Assembly (NCBI GenBank): GCA_012295275.1
Contig: CM022665.1
Span: 2,046,001-2,110,000, forward strand
Source: Chrysomallon squamiferum
Taxonomy: Eukaryota > Animalia > Mollusca
Length of the DNA: 64,000 nucleotides
Reading direction: 5' to 3'
Shown here: positions 15,752 to 30,725 of the stretch, piece by piece
Position numbering within the stretch: the stretch's first letter is position 1
Layout: every line of letters starts with the position of its first letter
Program-made: the position numbers and the translations under genes
The notes under the pieces: model-generated
What the model saw: only the letters and a program-made list of their open reading frames with translations
The model's database searches: none
Told to the model about the DNA's origin: nothing

Positions 15752-17839
15752 TACATGAGTTGAACTTTTGAAATGAACTACAGGTGTAGTGATGATGCTT
15801 TCGTTTTTGCAGACCTTTTTTTTTTTTTTGATGTTTGAATTAATTACGAAAAAAAAAAAATTCTCTGATAAATACAAGATTATCTTTCCTTCAGTAAGTT
15901 GTGTGAGAGTTATATGAAAAGTAAGAATCTTAACAGAACAAAGAAGAAAATGTTAATACTGTGTTTATGAAAGAACAGCATCGCCTAACATTTTATTTTC
16001 TTCTGATGTTTTTCTTTAAGTAAATCTTTGTTAAAATTGAATACAAGAACACACACACAAAAAAAATAAAAATATGTACACACTCCTCACGCGTCCATTG
16101 ACATACACAAACACAAGAGTGAAAACAAAAATACCCCCCCAAACTAAACCAAATACCCTCCCCTCAAAATTCAAAATAAAAAATAATAAAACAAATAAAA
16201 TCATAAAAAAACAAATAAAATAATAATAATAATAATAATAACAGTATGTTCATACATACACCCGCACACGTGCATCATGCATCGTGACACACACACGCCT
16301 ATATACACACACAACTTCGTACACGCAGGTACACATGTAATTATAAGCCGCTGTTAAAAGAAGTGCTTGAAACGTAATGCTATCATTCATCTTCAGACAA
16401 GACGATTGTTTCATCAATATATATTTTGTAACAGAACACTATAACAACTACATTACTATTTAATATACCTCTTGAACACGGTCATTTAAAATGAAACATA
16501 ACGGCGGCAAGCTAGGTAAATAACCAGTCTTTGTAATAGGTTGATCGATGCTAAATATTATCTGGCATTCGTCCTGGAATGTCAGGGGCGTAACTGAAAC
16601 GAAGACCGGGAGGGGCGGGAAGGGGAGTGGAAAAAAAAAAAAAATTTGGTTTATGATGAAATGGAATTTTAAAAAATATTTATAATTTTAAAGAAAAAAA
16701 AAAAAAAAAAAAAATAATAATAATAATAAAATTATTGGTCAGCAATAGTTTACAATATTTGTTTTCAATATTTGTTATACACTTTGTTAAAAACTCCTGT
16801 TTTGGAAGATCTTTCTGATATGATACAGATTGGTGAAAAGAGTGTTACAGATGGATCCAGTTTGGATTAGTTTGTAATACAACCGCAGAGCTTGCGTTGT
16901 GTCATAATAAGCTGTTCCACGTCAACTTTTTGTTGCATTAGTTTTTGTTTTTGCGTCATATCACAGTGATAACGTCTTAACGCTTCTGCACTGGAAACAC
17001 TGGTTTTCGGGTCGCACTGAAATCCGTTACGGGGCTCAAAGAAACCATGGCAGTGTTTTTCAAGCGAGGCACACATAAAGACGCGATTTGACAGTAACTG
17101 GTGAAATGATCTCCAGATAATTTCCTTTTCTATATCCCGTCCTGTCACCATTGACCAGAGCTTTTGGCATGAAACTAAGATCTCGCAATTATCACTGAGG
17201 ATCATTTTGCTAATTTCTATTCCGAGAACGTCTTGGACGCTTATTGGTCCTGTCTCCGAACAAAACGCTTATCCCTTTCACGGAACAACTAACTCATTGT
17301 AACCAGCCATCTTGCATTGATCCGCTTCTGCCAATCTTCTCATACCGGCAGATCCACGGTCAATATGGAGGAGGGTTTTTTATTATTTTTTATAGAAAAT
17401 ATAAAAAATTATTTTCGTATTTTATACTAAAATGTGAAGAACATCTTAACCCTTTTGTTTTTTTTTTAAAAAAAAAAAAAAATTACTATATTAAAATTTG
17501 ATTTTGTTTGAAACAGAATATTAACCAATAATTTGATGATTAATTTAATCATCGCCCTCTTAGGCCCCAGATACTAATCAGAACAACAGTAATGTCCATC
17601 ACGTCAAAAACAAGAGCAATAACATTCACCTCGACAACATCAACGACAGCTATGTCAGGCACTACAACTGCAACAACAATAACGACAGAAAAAAACCGAA
17701 AAAACAAAAAAACCCAACAGAATTCAAAACAAGAACATAAATATTATACCCTCTTAACACATTCTACACCGACCCTTGTTTGGCAACCCGCATATTACCC
17801 AGCGCATATTGGTTTTGTTTTTCTGAATGATACAGCCCT

Positions 17840-18330
17840 TCACCATTAACACACAATATGAATTAATGAATATAATATATAGATTAATTCCATTATCAGT
17901 TTCCAATCAATGAACGTCTGTCAAAGCGACATTAATCATTAATTATTTCTTCTCACTGTATCTTCTTTCCAGGGATAGCGTAATCTTCCATTTTTGTGTC
18001 GCCTACTTTCAGAAGAGTTCCGTGGAATTGTAATTCCGCCGAACGAGCCTGATATATGACTCAACGTTATTATCTCGCTCCTTACGCGCATTTTTCACGT
18101 GCAAATTCGCGTCAGTAAATATTCTTTTTTGTTGGGTTCCACGCAGCGAAATTAAGCAACAACAAAACGCTAAAAATACGGAGAGTTTTCAAGAACTTTT
18201 TATCCGTGATATAAACACACGCAAGTCGGCGCGTCAGACGGTAGCTGATCGTTCTGCACACTGGACAGTGTTGTCTCCCCATTGTTGCGAACTCTTCACA
18301 CTGACAACTATTATGCGACGTCTATTTGAA
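17840..18330. promoter_or_regulatory. Homeodomain-site-rich island with a Pbx-Hox + Meis composite site
   Basis: Minus strand TGATTAAT(17938-17931)-7 nt-TGACAG(17923-17918)-8 nt-TGATTGG(17909-17903); several further TAAT cores. Confidence 0.5.
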
Positions 18331-18758
18331 GTTAGATGAAAATTTTGATGGAGGGGCTCAGAGAAATTTGATGAAAACTTCTTCAGCCAAGAAGATGGTG
18401 GAGGACTGTACTCCAGTAAATACGTATTTACAAATGATTTCGTTCATTTGTGTAATAATTTAAGAAGAAGAAGAAAAAAATCTAATTTTGTTTTTTTTAA
18501 GTACTTTTTTTTTTAATTTTGTATTTTTTAACGATAATTAAGTAAGAAATTAACATTAAAATCGTGTAAGAAGAAGAAGAAGAAAAAAAATTGCAGCAAC
18601 ATCAATTGAAACAAAACAAAATATAATAAAAAACAATAATAATAATAATAATTTTAAAAAGATTAAAATAAAAATAAAATAAAATAAAATAAAGAAACAA
18701 CAAACAATAAACAAAAAAAAAAAAACACACCAGAAACCCCCCACAAAAACACAAAACA

Positions 18759-18793
<35 letters not shown>

Positions 18794-19864
18794 AAAAAAC
18801 TAACAAAAAAAGAGAAGAAAAAACCGCAACAAAAACAAAACAAGGTCTACCAAATAGAAGAAAAAAAAAAAAGAAGAAAATAGGTAGAAAACAAAAAATT
18901 CATGTTAAATAATGAAATTTTGTTCCTTCGTTGCTTTATTTTATTAAGAGAATAATGCTTTCCAGCGATTAAATTAAGTTTAAGAAAAAGACGACATGCA
19001 CGTCACTGAGCGCAGGGTGAGAGTGAACAAAATCCTTTGTTGAATTATCCCTCTTTTTTCTCAGGTGAACAAAACGAAAATAATAAAAAAAAAACTGTTT
19101 TTCTTTTTGACAAGAAGCTGAAATAAGATATGTACTTTGTTGCAAAAAATGAATAACGTAGAAAGAAAATAACTGGTTCAATATTTTATTCTCATATGAA
19201 ACATTTTCAAACGAGAAGTAAAAAGTAAGAAAAAAAGAAAAAGAAATGGATTTATTTTTATAACTTTATATAATATATATATATATATAACTGGTTTTGA
19301 TAATAAAAACATATACATAATTAACATTCGATGTTTATAACGTGTTTTTATATTTTTAAACTGTATTGTCATAATTTTTATAATACATTTTTTAAACGTC
19401 TTCTATACATATTATGCAGTATTATTATTCATAATTCAACACTTAAGCAGACATTAATTTTTCCCACGATATACATATTTTTTCAATGTCTAAAACTGAC
19501 GTGAAGCTGAAACAATACAATATTGCTTTACATACAAAATGTTAACTACACATTTTCTCATAAAATGATTGTCAAACTCGAGTATAATGTAACACTTGTT
19601 ATATATGATAATCACAAGTATAATTCGTTTAGAATATTTTTTTCTATTAAACAATGAATAAATCTACATATCCAATGATTTCCCATAATGATTAAAGTCT
19701 TTTACGTTCTGGCTTTTGTTTCACTTTATTGGGACGCATTAAACTTGTATGCTAATGAGATTAAACAGATTTCGAAATTATTACCAACGTATCTACCTAG
19801 ACAAGAGGAAATAACGGTAGAATTTAGTATTAAACTATCATCATCATCATCATCATCACAATCA

Positions 19865-19898
<34 letters not shown>

Positions 19899-21411
19899 GC
19901 GTATTAGTATTATTATCAACATCTTATTTTTCGTATTTTGCGTTTGTTAACCTGGGTGTGGTATTATTAGTTCTTTCCCTTTCCAGAAACAGTTGCACTC
20001 ACACACGAGGAAGTTCTGATAAAAAAAAGTGATGTTGTTAATCACACTTGTGTCACTCACACGTCTCATATATTTACTGTTGTCATAGTTTTATACCCTG
20101 ACTTCTTCCTTCAGTAGCAGTTAAAGATACTGTATCTCAATACTGCGTACATCCTGTGTTTTACCTACAAACTTTCACTGCCAGACTGTCCTTGTGTTCT
20201 TTCTGTTTGTCTGACCGTCTGCTTTCAGAATCGTCCATGTATTTACACAAAAATAATAACATGTTAGCTTTTGAGTCTGTTTCTTTAATTATGCTCTAAT
20301 GAATCAAAAGCTTAACCTTTCGGAATACAAGTTTGATACATACATACATACATACATACATACATACATAAATATATATATTAAATCTATCTCCAGATAC
20401 AAATACAGTGTATCTGCTGTAATTATTCAGTTTATAATGAAGCAAAGTAATTTACAAATGATTCTGAAATTACATTTATAAACTGATCTATCTGTCTGTC
20501 TGTCTGTCTGTCTATCTGTCTATCTGTCTATCTATCTGTCTTAGTTTTGTATTATAAGATAAGTATATTCCAGTTCACATTCCCTACATACACAATAATC
20601 TTGTTAAGTAAATTTGCAATAAGCACTCATTAAAGCGGACAGCTTTCGCACAATACTAAATAAAATTTTACTGTTAACGATTCTTTCGCTGCTATCACTG
20701 CTAATATACTGTGAATATAATATGTATTCTTTTAGCTGGGTAAGAAACCTGATTTGAACAGTCTACCTATAAAACACTATTACTGAACTGAAGAGGAAAA
20801 CGAGTAACTGGTAATCCAGTAATGTTATTAAACAGCGTAACATTTGTTTTAAATTTAAATTGTTTTAACTATATTAAGAATTTTGTTCATAATTTGAAAA
20901 ATGATTAACTATAAATGCGTGTGACAGATGTCTGTAGATGTCTGAAAATTCACGATCCTGTCATAACAGTTCAGTAACGTCCAGCAACCAAAGAATTTGT
21001 CGTTTCATTTCTCATTTACAGAAGACATCGATCTTTTAATGACGATTTACGACTGTGCAAACAACGATTACTACGTTATTGTAAAAGATAAGTGCAGCAG
21101 TAGTAATTTCTGCCCTAAATTACGTACATATGTGTGTGTGTGTGTAAGCAGGACACACAATACTTGTAATAAACCTGTGCAGACATGAAGATATACAACT
21201 AAATTAACAATGACATAAGTATCGATGTAGTTAGAGGTTTTAACTTTTAATATTTCAGACTTTTAGTTTATTTATTTATTTATGACATAATAAGGAAATA
21301 TAAATTTATACCGTTTCTAAAAGATTAACAGCTAAACTTGGAGTTCCTCGGAGACACACACACACACACACACACGCACAACTCAAATATATACACGTAA
21401 TCACACATATG

Positions 21412-21446
<35 letters not shown>

Positions 21447-21608
21447 CTGAAAGAAATATTACATAAAAAGCATGCGTTTTATAAAACAAATTACAACAAT
21501 AATAGCTTTTAATTTTTAAATTAGATACAACAAAACTGATCTGAAAGAGGCCCAGTATCACTGATTAAAATCTTCAGAACTGAAATGAAAATACTAAATA
21601 AATAACCT

Positions 21609-21641
<33 letters not shown>

Positions 21642-23261
21642 CGTTTTCCATTCATTGTTATAATTTATGAATTAATCATCTCGACGGTTTTAAAATTCTA
21701 CCCATTCGCTAGACAGTACTCGAATTGCCCGACCTGACCAGCACAGAACGAAGACAACAGTCTCGCCTTCAGATTCTCAAAACATCATCAAAGTCGCACG
21801 ACTCGAAGACAATATGTGTCAAGATTTTTTTGTCAATGTATACGCCATCGCGCGTTGTTTTAATTCCAGGAAAGCTGAGCGGGATGCGAGGTGTGGATGA
21901 ATAGTTAATGAAGAGTGAAGAGAAGGGACGCTGGATGCGAAACTGAAACCAAGACTCGTTCCTATATCATCAATGATTAAACGTAAAACTCCGTTTTTAA
22001 CCACGTTTATTGTCGTATTGTGTTTTGTGCGCACCAAACCACGCTACATGCAAATTTAAAAAAAATAATAATAAAACAGTAGGGAAGCCGTGCTATATAA
22101 TACACGTTTAAATATGCAGGACAATTATGTCATTTGGATATTTTTATCAGGTATGAAAACCATTCTTTATAAAAAAAAATTAAACGGCTATGAAAACATC
22201 GCTAGAGTGAGAACTTGTACAAGCAAAGATCCCCGCATGCTAGAAATATTAAACGGGTATGGGTATTGTTTTAGGTGGATATTTTAAACGGGCAAAGATT
22301 CTGTGTTAATCAGACGTTATAAACAGGATCAGCATTTAAAATAAAATAACTGTTAGAAGTTAAAATTATTATAACCATGTTGACAACAGAAACTCACAAT
22401 ATTAAATATTGCTAATGAGTTTGGGCAGTTATTAAGATACAAATAAAAAGTTTAACTTAACGTGTGGTGTAGTGTATTCATGTATTTCATTTCCACAGAA
22501 GGAAACAGTACTTCCTTTGTGACCCATGTATATTTTAAATTACATTTGCATAAATATATATATATAATTAATTTCAGCAATTTATAATTAAAAATATCAA
22601 ATAAATTTTATTTTTGCTGTTATTATTGTTATTGTTGTTGTTATTATTAAATTAATTAACATTTTATTTAGTTTTTTATTAACAATATAAGATTTATAGA
22701 AAGATAATTATCTGTTACATAACTCTAGATTGATCAAATGGTAAAAACTTTAAAATGATCATGTGTCTAGTAGAGAGAGAGAGAGGAAGAAAGAGAAAGT
22801 AAACTGTTTATCAGTTTCTCGAAGTAAATAGTTTTTCTTTCTTTTTAAATGTTTTGGTTTTTCAGAACTGATAATCAAATACTGTAAAATATCTATTTAA
22901 AATAAAAAATAAATAAAATAAAATAATAAGAACTAGAATAGCAAAGTAAGAGTAAATTAAAAATTGATAAAACTGAAATACAAAATAAAACAATAACAAA
23001 CACAAAAAATAAAACAAACAAAAAAATAACTTAAAGCCGAAGGAGCGATACAATGTTACTTCAACAAAGAAACAAACCAAAGTACGCTTAAAGTGTGCAC
23101 ACTTTAATATGTGAAAGGTAAAATACATATTAGGCTTAACTTATTAACAAAATTAGATAAATTATACCATCTTCAGTTTGTGTAAACTCGAATAATATTA
23201 AAAATAGTATTAGTCATTAATATATAAATAAATAAATAAACAAACAGATAATAACAGTAGT

Positions 23262-23263
<2 letters not shown>

Positions 23264-23354
<91 letters not shown>
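23264..23354. repeat. (CA)~45 microsatellite
   Basis: Perfect dinucleotide run. Confidence 0.98.
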
Positions 23355-23358
<4 letters not shown>

Positions 23359-23929
23359 CACAACAGCAGCAAGAAATGTATCATCCAGCTTACAAAAAAT
23401 AAAATACTGTTTAAAGAAAATCTGAAAAAAGTGTATTTAAATACATAAGGAGAGTACTGAAATAATATATTAATTTATCAGAAAGAAAAAAATAATAATA
23501 AAAAAGAAAAAAGCCCTTTTTATTTGTATTTTTAATTATAATTGTTATTATTGTTGTTGTTATTATTATTGTTGCTATATTATTGTTGTTGTTATTATTA
23601 TTATTGCTATTTTGTTGTTGTTGTTGTTGTTATTGTTTTTATATTCTTATTATCATTATAGTTTATCGCTTTTAAATCAACTTAAATGCAAGTTTATTAA
23701 ATTCAACAAGTCATTTCTAAATATGATTTAATGAAATAACTAATTAAAGTTTTGCCTGTTTTTGTAAACTTTTCTTTCTTCGTTTTATTTATTTTATTTT
23801 ATTTTATTTTATTTTATTTTTTTCAAAATTATAAATATATATATATATATTACAGATACTTTACTTCAAAGTTGATAATTCATCCGAAATTAAATCGCCA
23901 ATGCTTTATTTCTTTGTGTGTGTGTGTGT

Positions 23930-24955
23930 GTGGAACCGGTCCTAATAACGATACGCTATTTGGCATCAGTGGTTCATAGATACGTGAACATTGGCACTGT
24001 GGTCCCAACTGGAAGTAAATGTGCGACAACTTGGCACTGAATACTTTGGCAATAAGTGTCAGAAAGCCGCCACATCCTTAATCACTTTTCGTCCCACAGG
24101 CAAAGAAAAGTTCACGTCTGCTCTGGCTTGCAGACGATGTATTGACTGTGCTTCATTGATACACCACACGGGCCTTCGGGACCGACTCCATTGGAAAAAA
24201 AAAAAAAAAAAAAAAAAAGAAGGAGAGATTCCCCAGCACAAGAGCTATCTCAACTCATCACTTGTGTTTACAAGCGACGATTAGAGTGTTTGAATCTAAA
24301 GTTTATATTTCAGTCTTTTTGCAGCGTTCGAAAGCGAACACAGCGTTTATTTCCACAAGCGCGATCTAAGAGAAATAAAACAGACATTACTCGGGCCAAA
24401 AGCAATCTCTAGCAAATGTTTATGAAACAGAAAATATCTGTCCAAATTCGCTATCAAAGAGCATTCATCATCTTTCATCAGGTTAAATTCTTGTTTACGA
24501 GCGGAAATCTTCTCACGCTAACTGGTTATATTTACTAACTAGCTGTACTTACCAGGTAGACGAGTAATTCTTAAATCACCATCCAGCCATATATCCAGTG
24601 ATAATGAGTCGGCTAGATCAAAGCAAGTACTATCCTTCCCGAGCGAGCGTCTTAGCGGAAAGTTGTCAAAGTTTCCGCTAACCAACAAGCTTCTTCTATT
24701 TGCTTCGCTAACGACGTGGTCCTGGGATCTCGAGTCCGCTGGGAGTGATAACACTACAAAGAATATCGCTTTCCAGAACGGCGTAACGTTTTTCCCCTAA
24801 CGCCAGTCCGACACTCTGGCTAAATGCGGCTGTGTCTGTGTTCACATTCCCACTCGCTCGGTAGGGCTGATTAATGTGTCGCACTCAGTAGGCTATGATG
24901 ATAAGTTGATAACTCCAGCTTACGAATAAGATGTGGCTAGCATGTACAATTTCGG
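23930..24955. promoter_or_regulatory. ~1 kb CpG-retaining island, candidate enhancer cluster
   Basis: Four TTGGCA, TCF-type ATCAAAG (24453) and AGATCAAAG (24615), CSL-type TTCCCAC (24847), TGATTAAT (24868). Confidence 0.45.
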
Positions 24956-27343
24956 GGTTTTCTTTTCTTTTTTTTTTTTTCTTTTTTTTTTTTTGTTCCT
25001 TCCTCTCAAAACAACCCTCCAATTACCTCAATGGGAAAAGGAGAGGGAGTTACATTTAATAAAATAAAAAAGAAAGAAAATTATTTACTAAATAGAGAAA
25101 TATATGTGAACAGAGTAAAAAAAAAAAAAAAAAAAAAAAAAAGGTTGGGACATGGTTCGGTAAAGATTTTTAAAAACGCCGATGCCTTAGTGATTTTAAA
25201 TTATTTATTTATTTATTTATTTATTTTTAGCTATAAAAAAATCAATGCAGTGTCGGTAAAACTAATATTTTAATTGAAAGATAATTTAAACCGCGAGACA
25301 ATACGTCATTTTATTTTTATACATTCATGTGCATCTTCCTTGGCTGGATTCGAAGTCAGAGGTTTAATATTTTGTTTGCTTACTAAAGTATTTATTCGTT
25401 ATATTTTCCAAGATAGCAGCCGTTAGTAGGAAACGAACCAAGAACATCTGAGTTGTGATTTTATAAGATCACCGGGGGTGGGGGGGGGGAGAGAAAATCC
25501 ATTACAGTATTGTAGCGCATGATACGAACAAAGAAACTGTGCTGTGACGTCGTATCTTAATAAATAAAAACTATTTTTGTTGTCCTAATAACAACGTAGA
25601 TTTCTTTAATGAAGGTGACAGTGAGTGATGTGTATGATTTTAACAACTGTCAATTATGGTACATGTTAATCGAGTCCCGTTATAAAAACTCTGTACATTT
25701 CATCAGTACCGTCAGAAAGACAATATACCTCCAGGTGTCGTATTTCTCTCGCACACATCTTACGTTTTCACTCGAATAAATCAAACCAGAATACATCGCC
25801 AGTGACACAAGTTATATTTTAAATACTAGTTTGACAGAGAACATGAAAAAAAAAAAAAAAAAAAATGAAGACGAAAACAAACCCGAACTAAACAAATCAC
25901 ATAGGTAAAATAAAAAAGAAAGAAGGAAATCAAATGAAAGAATGAAAGTAAAATAAGAACGTGGTTGTACGTGGTCTGTGTTTTTGTACGTCTGTATGCA
26001 TATATCATTTCTTGTGTGTATTTGGAACTGTTAGGATTCTTCTTAAAATGAAACTTAAACTGTATCTTAATATTGCAGGCAATGGTTGAAAATTAATTAA
26101 CAAAATATAGTGACATCATTAAATTTGTGTGTGTGTGTGTGTGTGATTACATACATAAAATGATATTATTAACTGGTACAGTAATTTATGTTTCGAAATT
26201 CAAATTTCATTGTTTCTCTCCACCTTTTAACACTTTGAGGATTGTTTTGAAAAGCGAAAGTTCGAGTACCAGCATAATCTATTTTACCAATGTGATCATG
26301 TAGATACACACATCAATGAAACACTGTTTACTCTGCAAACAGACTCTGTGTAATTTCCACAACCTGACTTCACTCACTCGAGATAGTGAAGTAACAGCCG
26401 TGATAAAAAAATTAAAATATTTAATTTCAGCTGCACTAATATTAAATATTTACCATCCTCAGTAATTTCGTACGGGAAAATCAAAAGTTATAAATTCGTT
26501 CTTGTTGAACGAATGACGTGGCTAAAAGTCATATTTGGAATTTTATTTGCAGAAAATAATTAGTAATTATATTTATTTGTTCTAATACTTAAAAAAAAAA
26601 AAATTTGCGTAGTCTTCTTATTTCGTTTCAAAAAAGAATTCTGCCTAACGTGATTTTCATCGTGTAACTTTGAAATGCTGTTACGCTGTAGTTCTCATTT
26701 CTAGACCGTGTCACCAAACTAGCGACGTGCAGTCTGATATTAATGCAAGCAAGTGAAGAATATTTACGCACACAAAGTTTTGTATGAATTACAGCCATCT
26801 TGAGTAATCATTTATTACAACTGCAAAATGTTGCGAAGCTCGTAACCTACTTTGAGAAAGTTGGGGTCGACAAGCTGTTGTATAAAATATTTATTGCACA
26901 TGTATATTTTACAGTTCAATTTTCATCACTGGCTCCAAGATATAAATAAGCAATACGATTACTGCTTCATGTTGTAATGGCATTGAATGAATATTTGAGA
27001 ATGTTTGCGTGTTTTTGATCTGACAGTTTTGATTCTGATTATATATATATGTGTGTGTGTGTGTTTTTCTATGTATATATATATATATATATATACACAT
27101 ACATAGACACACACACACACACACACACACACATTTTTATCTTTATGCGTATGTCGATATAAATTTGTCTGTCTGTCTATCTAACTACCTATCTGTCTAA
27201 CCATCTTTATTGTTTTCTTTCTCTCTATCTTTTTGACTATCAGTTTTTTTTTAACTTTTTAAACTATTATTTTTTGCTGAATTTCAATTTTAAATTATCT
27301 TCGTTTTATTATTAACAATATTTTGGGTGTTTTTTTTTTTGAG

Positions 27344-27386
<43 letters not shown>

Positions 27387-28567
27387 TGTCATTCCATTGC
27401 ATTTCTTGTAATGCTTATGTAAAAAAGTAATATAAAATTGTTACTATCTATTAAAAAAACACTTCTTAATTTATGTCGATATCTGTTACAAAAAAAAATA
27501 AAAAATAAATAAATAAATAAATTAACTAATTAATAAACAAATAAACATACGTTCTTTAGAAGAAGAATTTTTATTTAGTTCAGTTATCGATATTTGTATT
27601 CTACTGTATTTATTTAATTATCAATATTTTTTCTTTTGTTAATTCATTCAGAAATGTTTTCCTCGTTTATTTTCAAATAATACTTCGTCGATATGTTTAA
27701 AACAAGAAAAAGATAACAAACTGATGTTGCATGATTTGGTAACTATTCTCAGTATTTTTTTGTAATATTTTAAATTTACAAAATAGAAATTAACGATTAT
27801 GCGTAAAACACATTTATCAGTCTGCTTTAAAATGAACATAAAATAAAATGAAAATTTAATGAGTTATGTACATGCTGTGTTTACATATTGTTAACAAAAC
27901 TGTCACTGAAAACAGATATTATAGTAAGAATCCAAAAGATAAATCGAATTTTTCTTCAAACGTTTATTATTTATTTATTTTTTATTTATTTATATACTTT
28001 TAAAAATATTTACATCTTAGAATTCTCTTGTGGACCACCCAGCGAGGATACAGAGATCAGAATGGAAGAAAGTTAAATACTTTAAATTTAATTTGTGTAA
28101 CGAAACCGTTAGAACACTTTCATTAACGCTTTATAATTTTTTAAATTTAAAATATAATTTTTTATGTTTTTAGAGAAAACCCGATATATTTTTCCATTAA
28201 TGGCAGCTCACAACAGAAAGGAAAACTCATACTATGATTATCAGCCATAGGATTGTGGTTGGAATACTAAATAGTCCAGCTGTTGATGAGAACTAGTCCA
28301 CTACCTCTGTATACAGACATACAGACTGTCTGTGTGGTGGAGATGACAAAGTAGTCAGTGTAAATAGTTAAATGTGTTAAAGCTGGAGGGACGCGGGTTC
28401 ATCTCGCTGTAAAGGCTGACCCGATGAATCAAACTCACGTACGTTACACACCAAGTTAAATCAGTTTTGTGAAGCTTACCCAGTCTTGTGTCCAACAATG
28501 AAGTGTGTTTTAAGTCTCGTGAAATGTATATTTCTGAAATACTCTTTCTCTGTCTCTCTGACTGTCT

Positions 28568-28568
<1 letters not shown>

Positions 28569-28642
<74 letters not shown>
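28569..28642. repeat. (CA)37 microsatellite
   Basis: Perfect dinucleotide run. Confidence 0.98.
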
Positions 28643-28643
<1 letters not shown>

Positions 28644-28759
28644 CCACACACACATATAGAAAATGCAGCGAAAGCAATGCCCTTCTTCTGTATATTTTTA
28701 TGATTTATATAATATAATTAGTATGTATTTGGTAATCAATATTTAAAAAATTTCATACA

Positions 28760-28795
<36 letters not shown>

Positions 28796-29297
28796 GAAAA
28801 ACAAAATATATATATGTTATTGTTTTTTATTATGAAGTGTTTTTCTGGGTTTTTTTTTTCGTTCAGTAAAAACGAATAAATAAAAAATGGCATCCTGTAT
28901 ATAAAAACTAGATATTCTGGTCTTTCTGTGAAAATATCAGTTATATTCATCGTTCTAATGTTTTCAAATTTTACTTCAGAGTCTTTTCAGTTTGCTTTTT
29001 AAAAATAAAAGTTTCTTTCGTGGTGAACAGTACAAGTGATTTAACATTGTGTCAATAGCATTGTACAGACTTTTGTAAATAAAAAATAGAATATACATCT
29101 TCAAGATAAAAACTGAAAAACATAAAGTATAACTAGAAAAAAATAATGAGTAGTGAAAAATGTTGAATTGTTTTTTGCGAAAAATAAATATCAGCAACCA
29201 AAAAACAGCGCAGTAAAACTTTGCCGAAATATTTCACAGACCAACAGAAATAAACTATAAATGAGAAAATAAATAAGTAATTTAAAAAAAATAAATG

Positions 29298-29336
<39 letters not shown>

Positions 29337-30673
29337 AAACTAACAAACCAAAAAAAAACAATTAAAAATTAAAAAAATTAAAAATATAAAATAAAATAAA
29401 ATAAATAAATAAATAAAACAACGATTAAAAATTAAAAACAAGTTTCCGCATATCAACTATGATAATAAGACAAATTTTGTTTAAAATGAAAAATAGATTT
29501 AAATATTATATACCAGGCGAATTTGTGAATAAATTAAATAATATATATACTTAGATGAAGATAAAAAAAAACCAACGCACATACAAATAGATTTTTCACA
29601 CTTATCTAAATGTTGCCTAATATGAAGAAATTAAATGAATAAAACAAAGAAACAAACAAATAAACAAATAAATAAATAAATAAATAAATAAAGAAAGAAA
29701 GAAAGAAATAATAAAATAGAATAGAATAAAATGCATAACTTAAAAGTTAATGAAAAAACTAAAAATAGGGATAACATTTTATATACATATATTTGTAACT
29801 GATACTGATTTTAATAATACAGACAACAAAATCGACGATAAAAGTAAATATATATATGAAGCTATTAAACAAACAAACATACAAGCAAATAAGTAAACAA
29901 AAAAAAAAACCTAAATAAAATAACATAAAATAAATTATGTCGGGTAAAACACAGACTTGATCATTTAGTGATACTCTTTATTAAAGGAATGAAAAAAACA
30001 AAAAAAACAAAAACAGGTAAATTTTAGAAATATTTCTCTACCGATGGTAAACTGTTTATCTTACAGAAGACTTTGTTACTTTCTACGACGTAACGCACCT
30101 AGGTGGCACACCTGTGTAGTTACTACCTGCTTTTAATTATAGCCAAATTCCGAGTGCTTGCACTTGTTTATTTCCTATCATCAAACAAATCTACATAAAA
30201 AAGAGATTATTATTATTTTTTTTTATTTCCTATCTTTAAACTATGCTCATTTTTGTGAGTCATTTCGACCCAAAGTTCAGACTGATAATGACGGCGAAAA
30301 AGATTAAACCAAGCATGTCAATTGTGAAAGCTGAAACTGAGTGAAATTGGTATTATACATGTCGATTTCTAAGCCATGCCAAGACCTTTTCTTTTAATCA
30401 GATCAAAAATTTTAGAAAAAAAGTCACACAGCAAGGCCTGTTTTTCTTCCAGCAAAAGTTGAGTGACACTTTCGGATTAACTTTATCTCTATTTGTGCCG
30501 TGAACGTACTTCTCTCGGGAGAAATTGATTCGGGTGTTCCATTTCCAAACTCGCGTATTCCTTGTTTTCGTATTAGCGAGAAGAATTATTTTTCATTCTT
30601 TAAAATGAAATCGGCGCCAAAGACGTCTTGTATTTAATTTAGTGATTTCGTGGTCTTAATGCTTGCAAGTTGT

Positions 30674-30725
<52 letters not shown>

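Noticed and set aside
30095-30110. CTCF-like GCACCTAGGTGGCAC
   Set aside because: Mismatches at two informative 5' core positions; cannot be supported without a PWM scan or ChIP.
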